From positions 4,192,001 to 4,256,000 of the forward strand of contig OZ245046.1 of assembly GCA_965224245.1 (NCBI GenBank): a stretch of DNA of 64,000 nt, in the 5' to 3' direction. Shown piece after piece: positions 47,383-56,875 of the stretch. The notes under the pieces are model-generated. The model had not been told where the DNA came from. It saw only the letters and a list, made by a program, of their open reading frames with translations, and searched no databases. Origin of the DNA: Candidatus Eiseniibacteriota bacterium. GTDB lineage: Bacteria > Eisenbacteria > RBG-16-71-46 > CAZAMP01. A program made the position numbers and the translations under genes. The stretch's first letter is position 1. The number at the start of each line of letters is the position of its first letter.

Positions 47383-50300
47383 GGATCACGAACCTCGCGG
47401 TCTCCCGTTACACGACCGTGTTCGTCCTGATGGCGATCGTGGTCATCCTCGGGATCACGTCGTACGAACGTCTGCCGCGCGAAGCGAACCCGGACGTCAA
47501 GATCCCGTTCGTGATGGTCTACGCGCCCTACCTGGGTACGAGCCCCTACGACATGGAGAACGTCGTCACCCGAAAGCTCGAGGCACAGCTGAAGGCGCTC
47601 CCCGATCTGGTCGAGATGTCGAGCGTCTCGTCCGAGGGGGTCGCCACCGTCGTGCTCGAGTTCACGCCGGACGCGGAGATGATCGACGTTCTGCAGAAGG
47701 TGCGCGACGCCGTCGAGATCGCCAAGCCCGAGCTGCCCCAGGACGTGCGAGAGGATCTCCTCGTCTACGAGATCAGCTCGGACGACTGGCCGATCATGCA
47801 GGTGGTCATGTCCGCCGACTACGACCCGGTCGTGTTGAAGCAGCACGCCGAGGACGTGCAGGAGGAGATCGAGCAGATCAAGGGCGTGCTGTCGGTGGAT
47901 CTCACCGGGGGCGTCGAGCGCGAGGTGCGCATCGACGTGGATCCCGAGCGGCTCCAGTTCTACGGCCTCGGCCTGGTCGACGTCCAGGACGCGATCTCGC
48001 TGGAGAACGTGACCATCCCCGGCGGCGACCTGAAGCTCGGCACGTACGACTACCAGGTCCGGGTCCCCGGCGAGTTCCCCGAGGTCGATGCGATCCGCGG
48101 CGTGGTGCTGAACCCGGGCGCGGACACACCGATCTACGTGGGCGACGTGGCCGAGGTCACCTTCGGGCTGAAGGAGCGCAGCTCCATCTCGCGACTCAAT
48201 GGCACCGAGGCGGTCACCCTGTCGATCAAGAAACGATCCGGCGAGAACATCATCGACATCGCCGACGAGGTGAACCAGCTCATCGCCGAGTATACCGAGA
48301 CGCTCCCGGCGGGCACGTCGATCCAGATCATCGCCGATCAGTCGGTCTACATCCGCGACATGGTGCACGAGCTCGAGAACAACATCCTGAGCGGACTCAT
48401 GCTCGTGGTCGCCGTCCTGTTCCTGTTCCTCGGGCTCACGAACTCGTTCTTCGTCGGCGCGGCGATCCCCCTGTCCATGCTGATCTCGTTCATGGTGCTG
48501 AACGCCATGGGGATCACGCTGAACATGGTCGTGCTGTTCTCGCTGATCCTGGCCCTCGGCATGCTCGTCGACAACGCGATCGTCATCGTCGAGAACGTCT
48601 ACCGTCACCTCGGCAAGGGCAAGGAGCGGTCGCGGGCGGCGCTGGACGGCACCGGCCAGGTCTCGAACGCGGTCGTCGCGTCCACGCTGACCACGATCAT
48701 GGCGTTCGGTCCGCTCATCTTCTGGCCGGGCATCATGGGCGAGTTCATGAAGTACCTCCCGATCACGCTCGTGGTGTGCCTGGCCAGCTCGCTGTTCGTC
48801 GCGCTGGTGATCAACCCCGTCCTCTGCTCGCGGCTCATGCGACGCCCGAAGCCCGGCTCCGGGAGGCCCCGCTTCGGCGATCGAATGCTCGCGTTCGGCC
48901 TGCGAACCTACGAGCCGGTGTTGACGGCGGCGCTGCGACATCGCGTGGTCACCCTGGCGGGCATCCTGGTCGTGCTCGTGGGCACGATCGCGCTGTTCGT
49001 GCGATTCAGCGCCGGGGTCGAGCTGTTCCCCGACGTCGATCCCACGTACGCCTACGTCAAGGTCAACGCGCCGTCGGGGACCCGGATCGAGATCAGTGAC
49101 GCGTACGCACAGACCATCGAGGGGGCCGTCGAGGACGTCCCCGATCTGAAGGCGTTCGTGACGCAGGTGGGCACGGCGACCGACGACACCTTCGGCGGAC
49201 CGAGCGGGGCACCCGCGCACCTGAGTCTGCTGAGCATGGAGTTCCTGAAGAAGGAGGATCGGGAGCAGTCGTCACGGCAGGCGCTGGAGGACCTCCGCGC
49301 GCGACTGCGGAGCTTCACCGGCGCGAAGCTCTACATCGAGAAGCAGGAGGAGGGCCCCCCGGCCGGCAAGCCGGTGAACATCGAGATCTCCGGCCGCGAC
49401 TTCGAGGTGCTCGGCGATCTGGCCACCCAGGTCAAGACGATCATCCAGGACACGCCCGGGCTCGTGGATCTCCAGGACGACTTCGATCGCGGGCGACCGG
49501 AGATTCGCGTCCGGCCCGACCTGGACAAGGCCGGACGGTTCGGCCTGCGAACGATCGACGTCGCGTCCACGCTGCGCACCGCGCTTCACGGAGACGACGT
49601 CTCGAAGTACCGGATCGGCGAGGACGAGTACGACATCGTCGTTCGCCACGCCGGACGGTCCCGGTCCTCGCTGGAGGACATCGAGTCCATCACGGTGTTC
49701 TACGAGGGAGAGACGATCCCGATCACGGCGTTCGCCGACGTGAGCTACGCCACCGGGCTCGGTGCGATCACCCGGATCGACGGCAAGCGCGTGGTGACGG
49801 TGTCCGGCGACGTGGCCGCGGGCTTCAACGGCAACGCGGTGCTGGCGAGCGTCCGCGAACAGCTCGCGGCGTTCGACGTGCCGCCCGGCTATCACCTCAC
49901 GTACACCGGCGAGAACGAGGAGCAGGAGGAGGCCCAGCGCTTCCTGTCCGACGCGTTCGGGATCGCCGTCATGCTGATCTTCCTGGTGCTCGTCACGCAG
50001 TTCACGTCGGTGACCACCCCGTTCGTGATCCTGATGAGCGTCATCCTGTCGATGATCGGCGTGTTGATGGGGCTCCTCGTGACGCGGACGCCGTTCGGGA
50101 TCATCATGACCGGCGTCGGCGTCATCTCGCTGGCCGGCATCGTCGTGAACAACGCGATCGTGCTCCTGGATTACTGCATCCAGCTCCGCCAGCGCGGAAT
50201 GCCCCTGATCGAGGCGGTTCTGGAGGCGGGCAAGGTGAGATTCCGGCCGGTCATCCTGACCGCGATCACGACGATCCTCGGACTCATCCCGCTGACCACC

Positions 50301-50555
50301 GGCATGTCCGTCGACTTCGGGCGCCTCGTCCGCGGTGAGTTCGGGCACGCGTTCATCATCGGCGGCGAGTCGAGCCAGTGGTGGGGGCCGATGGGGGTGG
50401 CCGTGATCTGGGGACTCGCGGTGGCCACGTTCCTGACGCTGGTGGTGGTGCCCGTGATGTACGTGGCGGTCGAGCACCGCAAGGAGCGTCTCGGCGCGTG
50501 GTGGGCGCGCCGCCGCGCGGCGTCTGAGACGGCGGCGACGCCCGACCTCGCCTGA
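47379..50555 (+). CDS. RND efflux permease (AcrB/HAE1 family)
   Basis: LPREANPDV, GMLVDNAIVIVEN, GIVVNNAIVL, RFRPVILTAITT; 1058 aa. Confidence 0.95.
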   Translation: MRITNLAVSRYTTVFVLMAIVVILGITSYERLPREANPDVKIPFVMVYAPYLGTSPYDMENVVTRKLEAQLKALPDLVEMSSVSSEGVATVVLEFTPDAEMIDVLQKVRDAVEIAKPELPQDVREDLLVYEISSDDWPIMQVVMSADYDPVVLKQHAEDVQEEIEQIKGVLSVDLTGGVEREVRIDVDPERLQFYGLGLVDVQDAISLENVTIPGGDLKLGTYDYQVRVPGEFPEVDAIRGVVLNPGADTPIYVGDVAEVTFGLKERSSISRLNGTEAVTLSIKKRSGENIIDIADEVNQLIAEYTETLPAGTSIQIIADQSVYIRDMVHELENNILSGLMLVVAVLFLFLGLTNSFFVGAAIPLSMLISFMVLNAMGITLNMVVLFSLILALGMLVDNAIVIVENVYRHLGKGKERSRAALDGTGQVSNAVVASTLTTIMAFGPLIFWPGIMGEFMKYLPITLVVCLASSLFVALVINPVLCSRLMRRPKPGSGRPRFGDRMLAFGLRTYEPVLTAALRHRVVTLAGILVVLVGTIALFVRFSAGVELFPDVDPTYAYVKVNAPSGTRIEISDAYAQTIEGAVEDVPDLKAFVTQVGTATDDTFGGPSGAPAHLSLLSMEFLKKEDREQSSRQALEDLRARLRSFTGAKLYIEKQEEGPPAGKPVNIEISGRDFEVLGDLATQVKTIIQDTPGLVDLQDDFDRGRPEIRVRPDLDKAGRFGLRTIDVASTLRTALHGDDVSKYRIGEDEYDIVVRHAGRSRSSLEDIESITVFYEGETIPITAFADVSYATGLGAITRIDGKRVVTVSGDVAAGFNGNAVLASVREQLAAFDVPPGYHLTYTGENEEQEEAQRFLSDAFGIAVMLIFLVLVTQFTSVTTPFVILMSVILSMIGVLMGLLVTRTPFGIIMTGVGVISLAGIVVNNAIVLLDYCIQLRQRGMPLIEAVLEAGKVRFRPVILTAITTILGLIPLTTGMSVDFGRLVRGEFGHAFIIGGESSQWWGPMGVAVIWGLAVATFLTLVVVPVMYVAVEHRKERLGAWWARRRAASETAATPDLA

Positions 50556-50574
50556 GCGTTCCCGCGACCGAGCG

Positions 50575-51592
50575 TCAGGACCCGGCGGCGGTCAGCGCGG
50601 CGATCGCGCGACGCGCGAGCCCGAGGCCGCTGGTGAACGCACCCTCGACGCGGCCGGCGACGCACCAGTCGCCGCCGACCCCGAGGCCCAGCTCGGCGTC
50701 GAACGCGGTCGTGTCGGCGGGCACCGGGTCCGGCAGCGCGTATCGCCAGCGGTGCGCGTCGCCGTGGAGCACCTCGGGAAGCCGGCCGGTCCGGCACGAC
50801 TCGGCGAATGCGCGCGTGAGCGCGAGCCGGACGTCGATCGGATCGGCCTCGAGATGCTCGGCCGTCCACCGGGGCGATGCATGGAACACCCAGGCGTCGC
50901 CTCCGGTCCGACCCGGCTTGGACGAGCTGCGGGCCGCCCAGGCGAGCGGTCCGTCTCCGATGAACGCGGCGTCGAACTCAACGTCCAGCGACGTCGCGAA
51001 CCCGAGCATGACCGCCCAGCACGGGCGCATTCGCGCGCGCGCGGCCAGCTCGGCCAGACGGGGTGACGCGGAGACCAGCGGCAATGCCTGTCCGGGCGGG
51101 GTCGTGACGAGTACGGCGTCGACGTGATCGGCGACGCCGTCTTCCGAGATGAGCTGCCAGGCGTCGGACTTCCGGCGAAGGTGCTCGATGCGGACGCCGG
51201 AGCGGATCGTGAGACCCGACCCCAGCGCGGTGGCCAGCGCGCTCATGCCCGGAACGCCGACGATCCACTCGGACGGTGGGTGCACGGCCTCGGGATCGCC
51301 GGGCTCGCGGAGCGTCCCGAACACCGCACGCCGGGGATGCCACGGGGCGACCAGGCCGGCCTCCCGCCACCGTTCGACGTGCGCACGAAATGCGGGGTCA
51401 CGAGCCGTGAAGAACTGAGCGCCGTGATCGAACACGAAGTCGTCGTGGCGCCGCACCGACACACGGCCGCCCGGGCGCCGGCCCTTGTCGTAGAGAACGA
51501 CGTCGACGCCCCGGTCGGCGAGCGCCCGCGCCGCCGACATCCCCACAGATCCCCGCGCCGACGATCGCCAGCCGACCGGTGATGCGTCGCAT
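50575..51592 (-). pseudogene. Renalase-like NAD(P)/FAD oxidoreductase with a single-base frameshift (or sequencing error)
   Basis: MRRITGRLAIVGAGICG then one extra G (GGGG, 51541-51544) before MSAARALADRG; DHGAQFF, HRWRYA, GDWC..GRVEGAF.SG downstream. Confidence 0.8.
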
Positions 51593-51649
51593 CGGAGACT
51601 CCGCTTCGGGTTCGCCACGGCCGTTCCGGCGGGACCCGACCGCGAATCC

Positions 51650-53140
51650 TCACCGCAGGATCTGAATCCGGAGCGCGCTCGCGGCACCGGTGACGTCGAC
51701 ATAGTAGACGCCCGGCGTCGTCGGTGCACCATGGGTCGTCACGCCGGTCCACACGAACGGGAAGCGGTCGACACGCTGCCGGAAGACCAGGCGCCCGGCC
51801 ACGTCGTAGATCGACACGAGTCGCCGGCCGGAGCCCGGGACGTCGAGCCGGATTGCGCCCCGGGTCGGATTTGGCCACGCCGACGGCACGGGGTGAGACC
51901 CGGTGACCGGCGCGATGCCGACGACCTGATTGAGCGCCCCGAGCGCGTTCACGCGGCCCGATCCGAGCTTGTCGACGTAGGCGCCGTTTCCGGGCAGATG
52001 GTAGATGGCATCGGCCCCGTCCACGACGGCGCTCTGGACCAGAGACGCGGTCCACGTCGGGTGGAGAGACTGGACCAGCGCCGCGATGCCCGACACGAAC
52101 GGGGTGGCGAACGAGCACCCGGCGCCGAGCGCCCACTGCCCACCGGGGTACGAGCTCCGGACCCCGGTGCCCGGCGCGGACACGTCGACCTCCTCGTGCC
52201 AGTCGGCGAAGTCGGCCTTCACGTCCACGGAATCGAGAGCGGTGACCATGATCGTGTCGCCGTCGGATCCCGGGTAGTACGGGGGGATCTCGGTGCTGGC
52301 GTTGCCGGCCGCGGCCACCATCAGCGCCCCCCGCATGTCTCCGTACTGGATCTCCCGCTCGATCGCGTCGACCTCGATCGGCACGCCGAAGCTCATGTTG
52401 AGGATGTCGGCGCCGGACTCGATCGCGTAGCGGATGCCTTCGATGACCCGGAACGCGTCGGCACGCCCCTCGTCGTCGAGAATGCGAACGGGCAGGATCG
52501 AGGCGTCCGGCGCGACCAGCGCGAGAATCCCGGCGACCATCGTGCCGTGGCCGTAGCCGTCGTCGACCTCGCCGTCGCCGTCGTCGTCCAGGTCGTTGAA
52601 CACCTCCCACGGCTCGGCATCGGCATCGACGAAGTCCCAGCCGGACACCAGGTGCCCCACGAGCGCCTCGTGTGTGGGATCCACTCCCGTGTCGAGCACC
52701 GCGATCGTCACCCCGGCGCCGGTCGAGATCGCGTGCGCGGCGTCGAGCGCGATCCGATCGGTCAGGAGCTGATCCTCGTAGTCGACGTATCCGCCACCGA
52801 CGATGATCGCAATCATCTGGCGCACGCCCTCGGGCGTGTCCTCGATGTAGTTCGGCTCGGCGTTCGCGACGTCGGGGTCGCCCGTCATCATCTCGGCAAA
52901 GTTCTCGAGCTCGTCGACACCGTCGATGAACACGAGGTACAGCCCGGCGGTCGCAAAGGAGTCGACCGTCTCGGTGCCCCAGCGCTGGTTCACGTCGTCG
53001 ATCGACGCGCCCTGCTCGAGCCAGAGGACGATCTCGCCGGACTCCCACGTCCCGGTCGCGGAGACACTCCCCGCCACCAGCGTCGCGCTCAGTCCGATCG
53101 CGAGAATCGTGAGAAGCGGGTGCGTGTGTCGGTCAATCAC
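51650..53140 (-). CDS. Secreted S8 (subtilisin-like) peptidase with CTD-like tail
   Basis: Triad VLDTG / GHGTMVAG / GCSFATP; oxyanion AAAGN; DDDGDGEVDD Ca-binding loop; tail WPNPTRG...YDVAGRLV...GVYYV. Confidence 0.9.
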   Translation of the reverse strand: MIDRHTHPLLTILAIGLSATLVAGSVSATGTWESGEIVLWLEQGASIDDVNQRWGTETVDSFATAGLYLVFIDGVDELENFAEMMTGDPDVANAEPNYIEDTPEGVRQMIAIIVGGGYVDYEDQLLTDRIALDAAHAISTGAGVTIAVLDTGVDPTHEALVGHLVSGWDFVDADAEPWEVFNDLDDDGDGEVDDGYGHGTMVAGILALVAPDASILPVRILDDEGRADAFRVIEGIRYAIESGADILNMSFGVPIEVDAIEREIQYGDMRGALMVAAAGNASTEIPPYYPGSDGDTIMVTALDSVDVKADFADWHEEVDVSAPGTGVRSSYPGGQWALGAGCSFATPFVSGIAALVQSLHPTWTASLVQSAVVDGADAIYHLPGNGAYVDKLGSGRVNALGALNQVVGIAPVTGSHPVPSAWPNPTRGAIRLDVPGSGRRLVSIYDVAGRLVFRQRVDRFPFVWTGVTTHGAPTTPGVYYVDVTGAASALRIQILR

Positions 53141-53186
53141 GGTCGTCTCCTGGATCTCGGCCCTCGGGAATGATACTGCAGGTCGT

Positions 53187-54971
53187 TCATCGGCGTACCC
53201 ACCGCACCCCGGTGTGGTGCTCCCCCGCGTGCACGTCCACGTAGACGGGCGATCCCACCGCGAAACGGTCGAGGTCGGCCCCGTCGAGTCGCCAGGCCCA
53301 GCCGTCGCCCGAGCGTCGCGGGCGCCCCAGCCGCATGACGAGCCGCCCCGTGACGTCGTACAGCGCGGCGCTGGGCGCGCCCTCGCCGGAAGCGGTCGTC
53401 GCGAGTCGGATGATCAGATGATCGCGAGCGGGATTCGGACTCACCGAAACAGCCAGCCGGGGGCCGGTTGCCGGCACGGACTCGGAGGTCGGAATCGGTC
53501 CCAGCATCTCCAGCCGTCCGTCCGTTCGGCGCGCCATCAGACGATAGCGGTCGCCCGATCGGTGTTCGGACGCGGTGAAGCGAAACGTGGCGCCGCTCGC
53601 GGACATGTCCACGGTGAGCCCGTCGATGGACGAGCCGGAGTGGAACCACCCTCCGGCCAGCTCGGTCTCGGTCAGGCCGCGCACGCGATGGAGCGAGAAC
53701 GCGGCGAACCGGGCGAGGTCGTCGACGGTCCACGTGAGCACCGCGCTCGTGCCGAACCCCTGCGCGTCGAACCCGGACACACCGAGGATCGGGGTGTTGC
53801 GGACGAGATCCACGTCGAACGTGAGCGGACCGTCGACGTGGAGGTCCTCGACCACGCCCTCGGCCAGTCCGCGAAAGGCCGGCGCACGGACGTGGAGGTC
53901 GTAGTCGCCCGGCGGTGCGACCAGGAGAAAGTCGCCGGCGGCGTTCGAGCGCCCCCCGGCCAGCGGGACCTCGGCGCCGCCGGGCTCGCGAAGCTCGAAC
54001 CCGACGTCGGCGACGCCCTCGCCGAGGTCGTCGCGGACCGTGCCGCTCATCGGCCACCCGGTCGACAGCACCACGTCCGGAGCCGATACGTCTCCCGAGA
54101 CGGACACGGTCACCTCGCCCGCGGCGAGCCCCAGGTGCTCGCGGGGCCGGGCCACCAGACGGTAGGTCCCGTTCGGCAGCGCGATCGCGTAGCCCCCGCC
54201 CGCGTCCGTTCGATCTGAGCCCAGCGGAAGCTCGACGCCGTCGACATCGAACGCGTCGAGGTTGGCGCGACCGACTCCGACGCCGCCCGCGGTCACCCGT
54301 CCGGTGACCAGCGACCCGGTCTCGAGCTCGATGACGCCGGTCGACGTGGCGCTCGCTCCGACCGAGACGTCGACCCGTCTCGCGAGGAGCCGTCCGGCGG
54401 ACGGCGGCTCCACCGTGACCCGGAGCTCGACGTTCGACGGGACGACGACGCTGAATGCGCCGCTCGCGTCGGTCTCGTCGTCGGGGCTGTGGATCTTCTC
54501 GTCGGTGTCCGTGCGCCGGAGGCTCAGGTCGGCCCCGTCCACCGGCGTGCTCGTCGGACCCACGACGGTTCCGGTCAGCCGGACACCCACCTCCATCTCG
54601 ACGCGGAAGTCGGCGATGAAGCCCACGAGCGGCCAGTTGACGAACTCGCGCGAGACGAGCGGCTCGCCCGAGACGGCCTCGAACCTGATCCGGTAGCGCC
54701 CGTCGGGCACGATGAAGTCGTAGCTGCCGTCGGTGTCGGTGTCGTCGTCGACGAGATCCAGCGACACGCCATCCGCGTCGATCACGTCGATGTCGATCCC
54801 CGGGATGCCGACCCCGTTGGTCGTGGTGACGCGACCGCTGACGTTGGCGGCGGCGGCGATCGTGGCCGATGTGACGGTGATCGTCGCGAACAGGGCTGCC
54901 CAGCGCACACCGCGCGCGGCCCGGGTGAGGGCCGCGCGGGTGCGGGGGAGGGTGTGCGTCGAGTTCTTCAT
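53187..54971 (-). CDS. Secreted protein with 4 carboxypeptidase-regulatory-like (CnaB/transthyretin-fold) repeats and degenerate CTD tail
   Basis: Signal peptide; repeats SG.V....G..V..D.D....D.TD..G.Y....P.G.Y; tail SPNPARDH...YDVTGRLV. Confidence 0.78.
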   Translation of the reverse strand: MKNSTHTLPRTRAALTRAARGVRWAALFATITVTSATIAAAANVSGRVTTTNGVGIPGIDIDVIDADGVSLDLVDDDTDTDGSYDFIVPDGRYRIRFEAVSGEPLVSREFVNWPLVGFIADFRVEMEVGVRLTGTVVGPTSTPVDGADLSLRRTDTDEKIHSPDDETDASGAFSVVVPSNVELRVTVEPPSAGRLLARRVDVSVGASATSTGVIELETGSLVTGRVTAGGVGVGRANLDAFDVDGVELPLGSDRTDAGGGYAIALPNGTYRLVARPREHLGLAAGEVTVSVSGDVSAPDVVLSTGWPMSGTVRDDLGEGVADVGFELREPGGAEVPLAGGRSNAAGDFLLVAPPGDYDLHVRAPAFRGLAEGVVEDLHVDGPLTFDVDLVRNTPILGVSGFDAQGFGTSAVLTWTVDDLARFAAFSLHRVRGLTETELAGGWFHSGSSIDGLTVDMSASGATFRFTASEHRSGDRYRLMARRTDGRLEMLGPIPTSESVPATGPRLAVSVSPNPARDHLIIRLATTASGEGAPSAALYDVTGRLVMRLGRPRRSGDGWAWRLDGADLDRFAVGSPVYVDVHAGEHHTGVRWVRR

Positions 54972-54988
54972 GCGGGCTCGATCCGTTC

Positions 54989-56689
54989 TCAGTTCACCTT
55001 GACCGCCCGGACGGACGCGCCGGAGTCACGATCCCTGACGAGGTACACGCCGGGGCTCACCCGGACGCCGCGCACGTCCAGACCGTCCCAGGTCAGGATC
55101 GATCCGGCGCCGGCCGGGAGCGATCGGACGAGACGTCCGCGGGCGTCGAAGACGTCGAGCGTACCGGCGGAGACGCCGTCCATCGTCACCACGAGGGCGC
55201 GGTGGAACGGATTCGGCGCGGCCGACAGCACACCGCCGGCCAGCCCCGGAACGTCACCGACGGCGACCGCCCGATCGAGCGCGAAGTTCAGCGTCGTGTC
55301 GCCGGTGATCGAGACCCCCAGCTCGGTGGCCGAGTCGAACCCGGAGCCCGCCGGTGGATTCGCCGAGACGTCGTAGACGCCGCCGGGGACGCGCACGCGA
55401 TAGAAGCCGGACACTGACGTATCGTCGTCCGGCGTCGGGTAGTGCTTGCCGGCCACCGCGTCGACGAAATCCATGTCCACGTCCGCGAGGGGGCTTCCGT
55501 CACCCGTGACGGTGCCCGACACCACGAACCCCGCCGAGAGCGTGATGTCCCCGAGCGAACGCGACGTCGAGACCACCTCGTCCCACCGGACCGCGGCGGC
55601 CAGCTCGGCTCCGGCCGGCGGGTTGAGGTTGAAGTCGTAGATCCCGCTGGGGATCACGACCGAGAACGTCCCCGACGCGGTCGTGTTGTCGTTGGGCGTG
55701 TATCGCTCGAGCCCGGTGGCGGTGTCGATCACGTCGACGTCGGCGTCCACGAGCGGGAGACCACCGGGGCCCAGGAGTCGACCGGTGACGGTGAGCGCCG
55801 CCCTGAGCACGGTCTCGCCGATGTCGGTGGAGCCGCCGATCGCGACGTCCGGGACGCGCTCGGGTGCGAACGGGCTTGCGGGGGCCGGCTTGAAACGGAA
55901 CTCGTACACGCCGGCCGGGAGGAACACCGACCAGTCCCCGAAGAAATCGCTGTCGTCGCCGGAGAGAAAGCGCTCGACGCCGTCCTCGTCGAGCACGTCC
56001 ACGTCGACGTTGAACACCCCCGCGCCGACCTCGTCCACGACGCGCCCGGTCACCGTGAGGCCGGGGCGCAGGACGAAGGTCTCGAACCCGGGAACGCTCG
56101 TGTCGTAGCTCTCGCGCCACTCCGGGGCGCGAGCGCCGGTGTCGTCGGTCACGATCACGTCGTGGATGCCGACGGGCACCATCACCGCCAGATCCCCGAG
56201 CTCGTCCGGGTCGTCGTCGCGCAGGAAGACGTCGTCGCCGGTGCTGGTGTCGATCAGACGCAAGGTACATGCCACATACGGAGCGCCGCCCTCGTCCTGG
56301 ACGTGAATGGTCAAGAGCGTCCCATCGGGCAGGATCGTCGGCGGGAGCGTGGTGTCCGTCTCCAGATCCACGCTCTCCAGGAACACCGGGGCGTACGAGC
56401 CCCCGGGGGGCCCGAGAACGGTGATGTCGTACCGCCCGGCCGGGATGATCACCTGGAAATAGCCGGTCGCGTCGGTGTGGTCGCCCGTGGGGTCCACCTC
56501 GGAGTCCGTATCCTGGTTAAACCAGTCCAGATCGGCATTTACGATGGGGGCCCCGCCCGTGGTCCGGACGAACCCGTCCACGATCACCGCGTTCGATTCC
56601 GCCGCGAGAGCCACCGCCAGGATGGCGCCGGCAATCCATGCCCGGCGACCCGCGGTCGGGGGGCGCCGCCGATCGGTCCGTTCCGTCAT
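54989..56689 (-). CDS. Secreted protein with 5 carboxypeptidase-regulatory-like repeats and FlgD-Ig/CTD tail
   Basis: AGAAAGAGGA RBS; signal peptide; five ~88-aa repeats; tail APNPFHR...FDARGRLVR...WDGLDVRGVRVSPGVYLVR. Confidence 0.8.
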   Translation of the reverse strand: MTERTDRRRPPTAGRRAWIAGAILAVALAAESNAVIVDGFVRTTGGAPIVNADLDWFNQDTDSEVDPTGDHTDATGYFQVIIPAGRYDITVLGPPGGSYAPVFLESVDLETDTTLPPTILPDGTLLTIHVQDEGGAPYVACTLRLIDTSTGDDVFLRDDDPDELGDLAVMVPVGIHDVIVTDDTGARAPEWRESYDTSVPGFETFVLRPGLTVTGRVVDEVGAGVFNVDVDVLDEDGVERFLSGDDSDFFGDWSVFLPAGVYEFRFKPAPASPFAPERVPDVAIGGSTDIGETVLRAALTVTGRLLGPGGLPLVDADVDVIDTATGLERYTPNDNTTASGTFSVVIPSGIYDFNLNPPAGAELAAAVRWDEVVSTSRSLGDITLSAGFVVSGTVTGDGSPLADVDMDFVDAVAGKHYPTPDDDTSVSGFYRVRVPGGVYDVSANPPAGSGFDSATELGVSITGDTTLNFALDRAVAVGDVPGLAGGVLSAAPNPFHRALVVTMDGVSAGTLDVFDARGRLVRSLPAGAGSILTWDGLDVRGVRVSPGVYLVRDRDSGASVRAVKVN

Positions 56690-56875
56690 TCCTCTTTCTC
56701 CTACAGCCGGGTTTCAGCCACGTGTGTCGCGTAGGTAGGGGTGCTCGGCGGGGGGCGCTTGATACGGCGCCGGGCCAGAATCTCGCGAGGAAATCACGGT
56801 AGGGGCGTATCAACCCCCCCACGGATCCAACCCGTTCTCCGCACGATGGGGCTCGGTGACGCAAGGGAGAGTCCG

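Noticed and set aside
49841-50555. Alginate or antibiotic-specific functional calls for the AlgE-like and RND genes
   Set aside because: Family membership does not give substrate; no alg biosynthesis genes and no substrate-specific motifs seen
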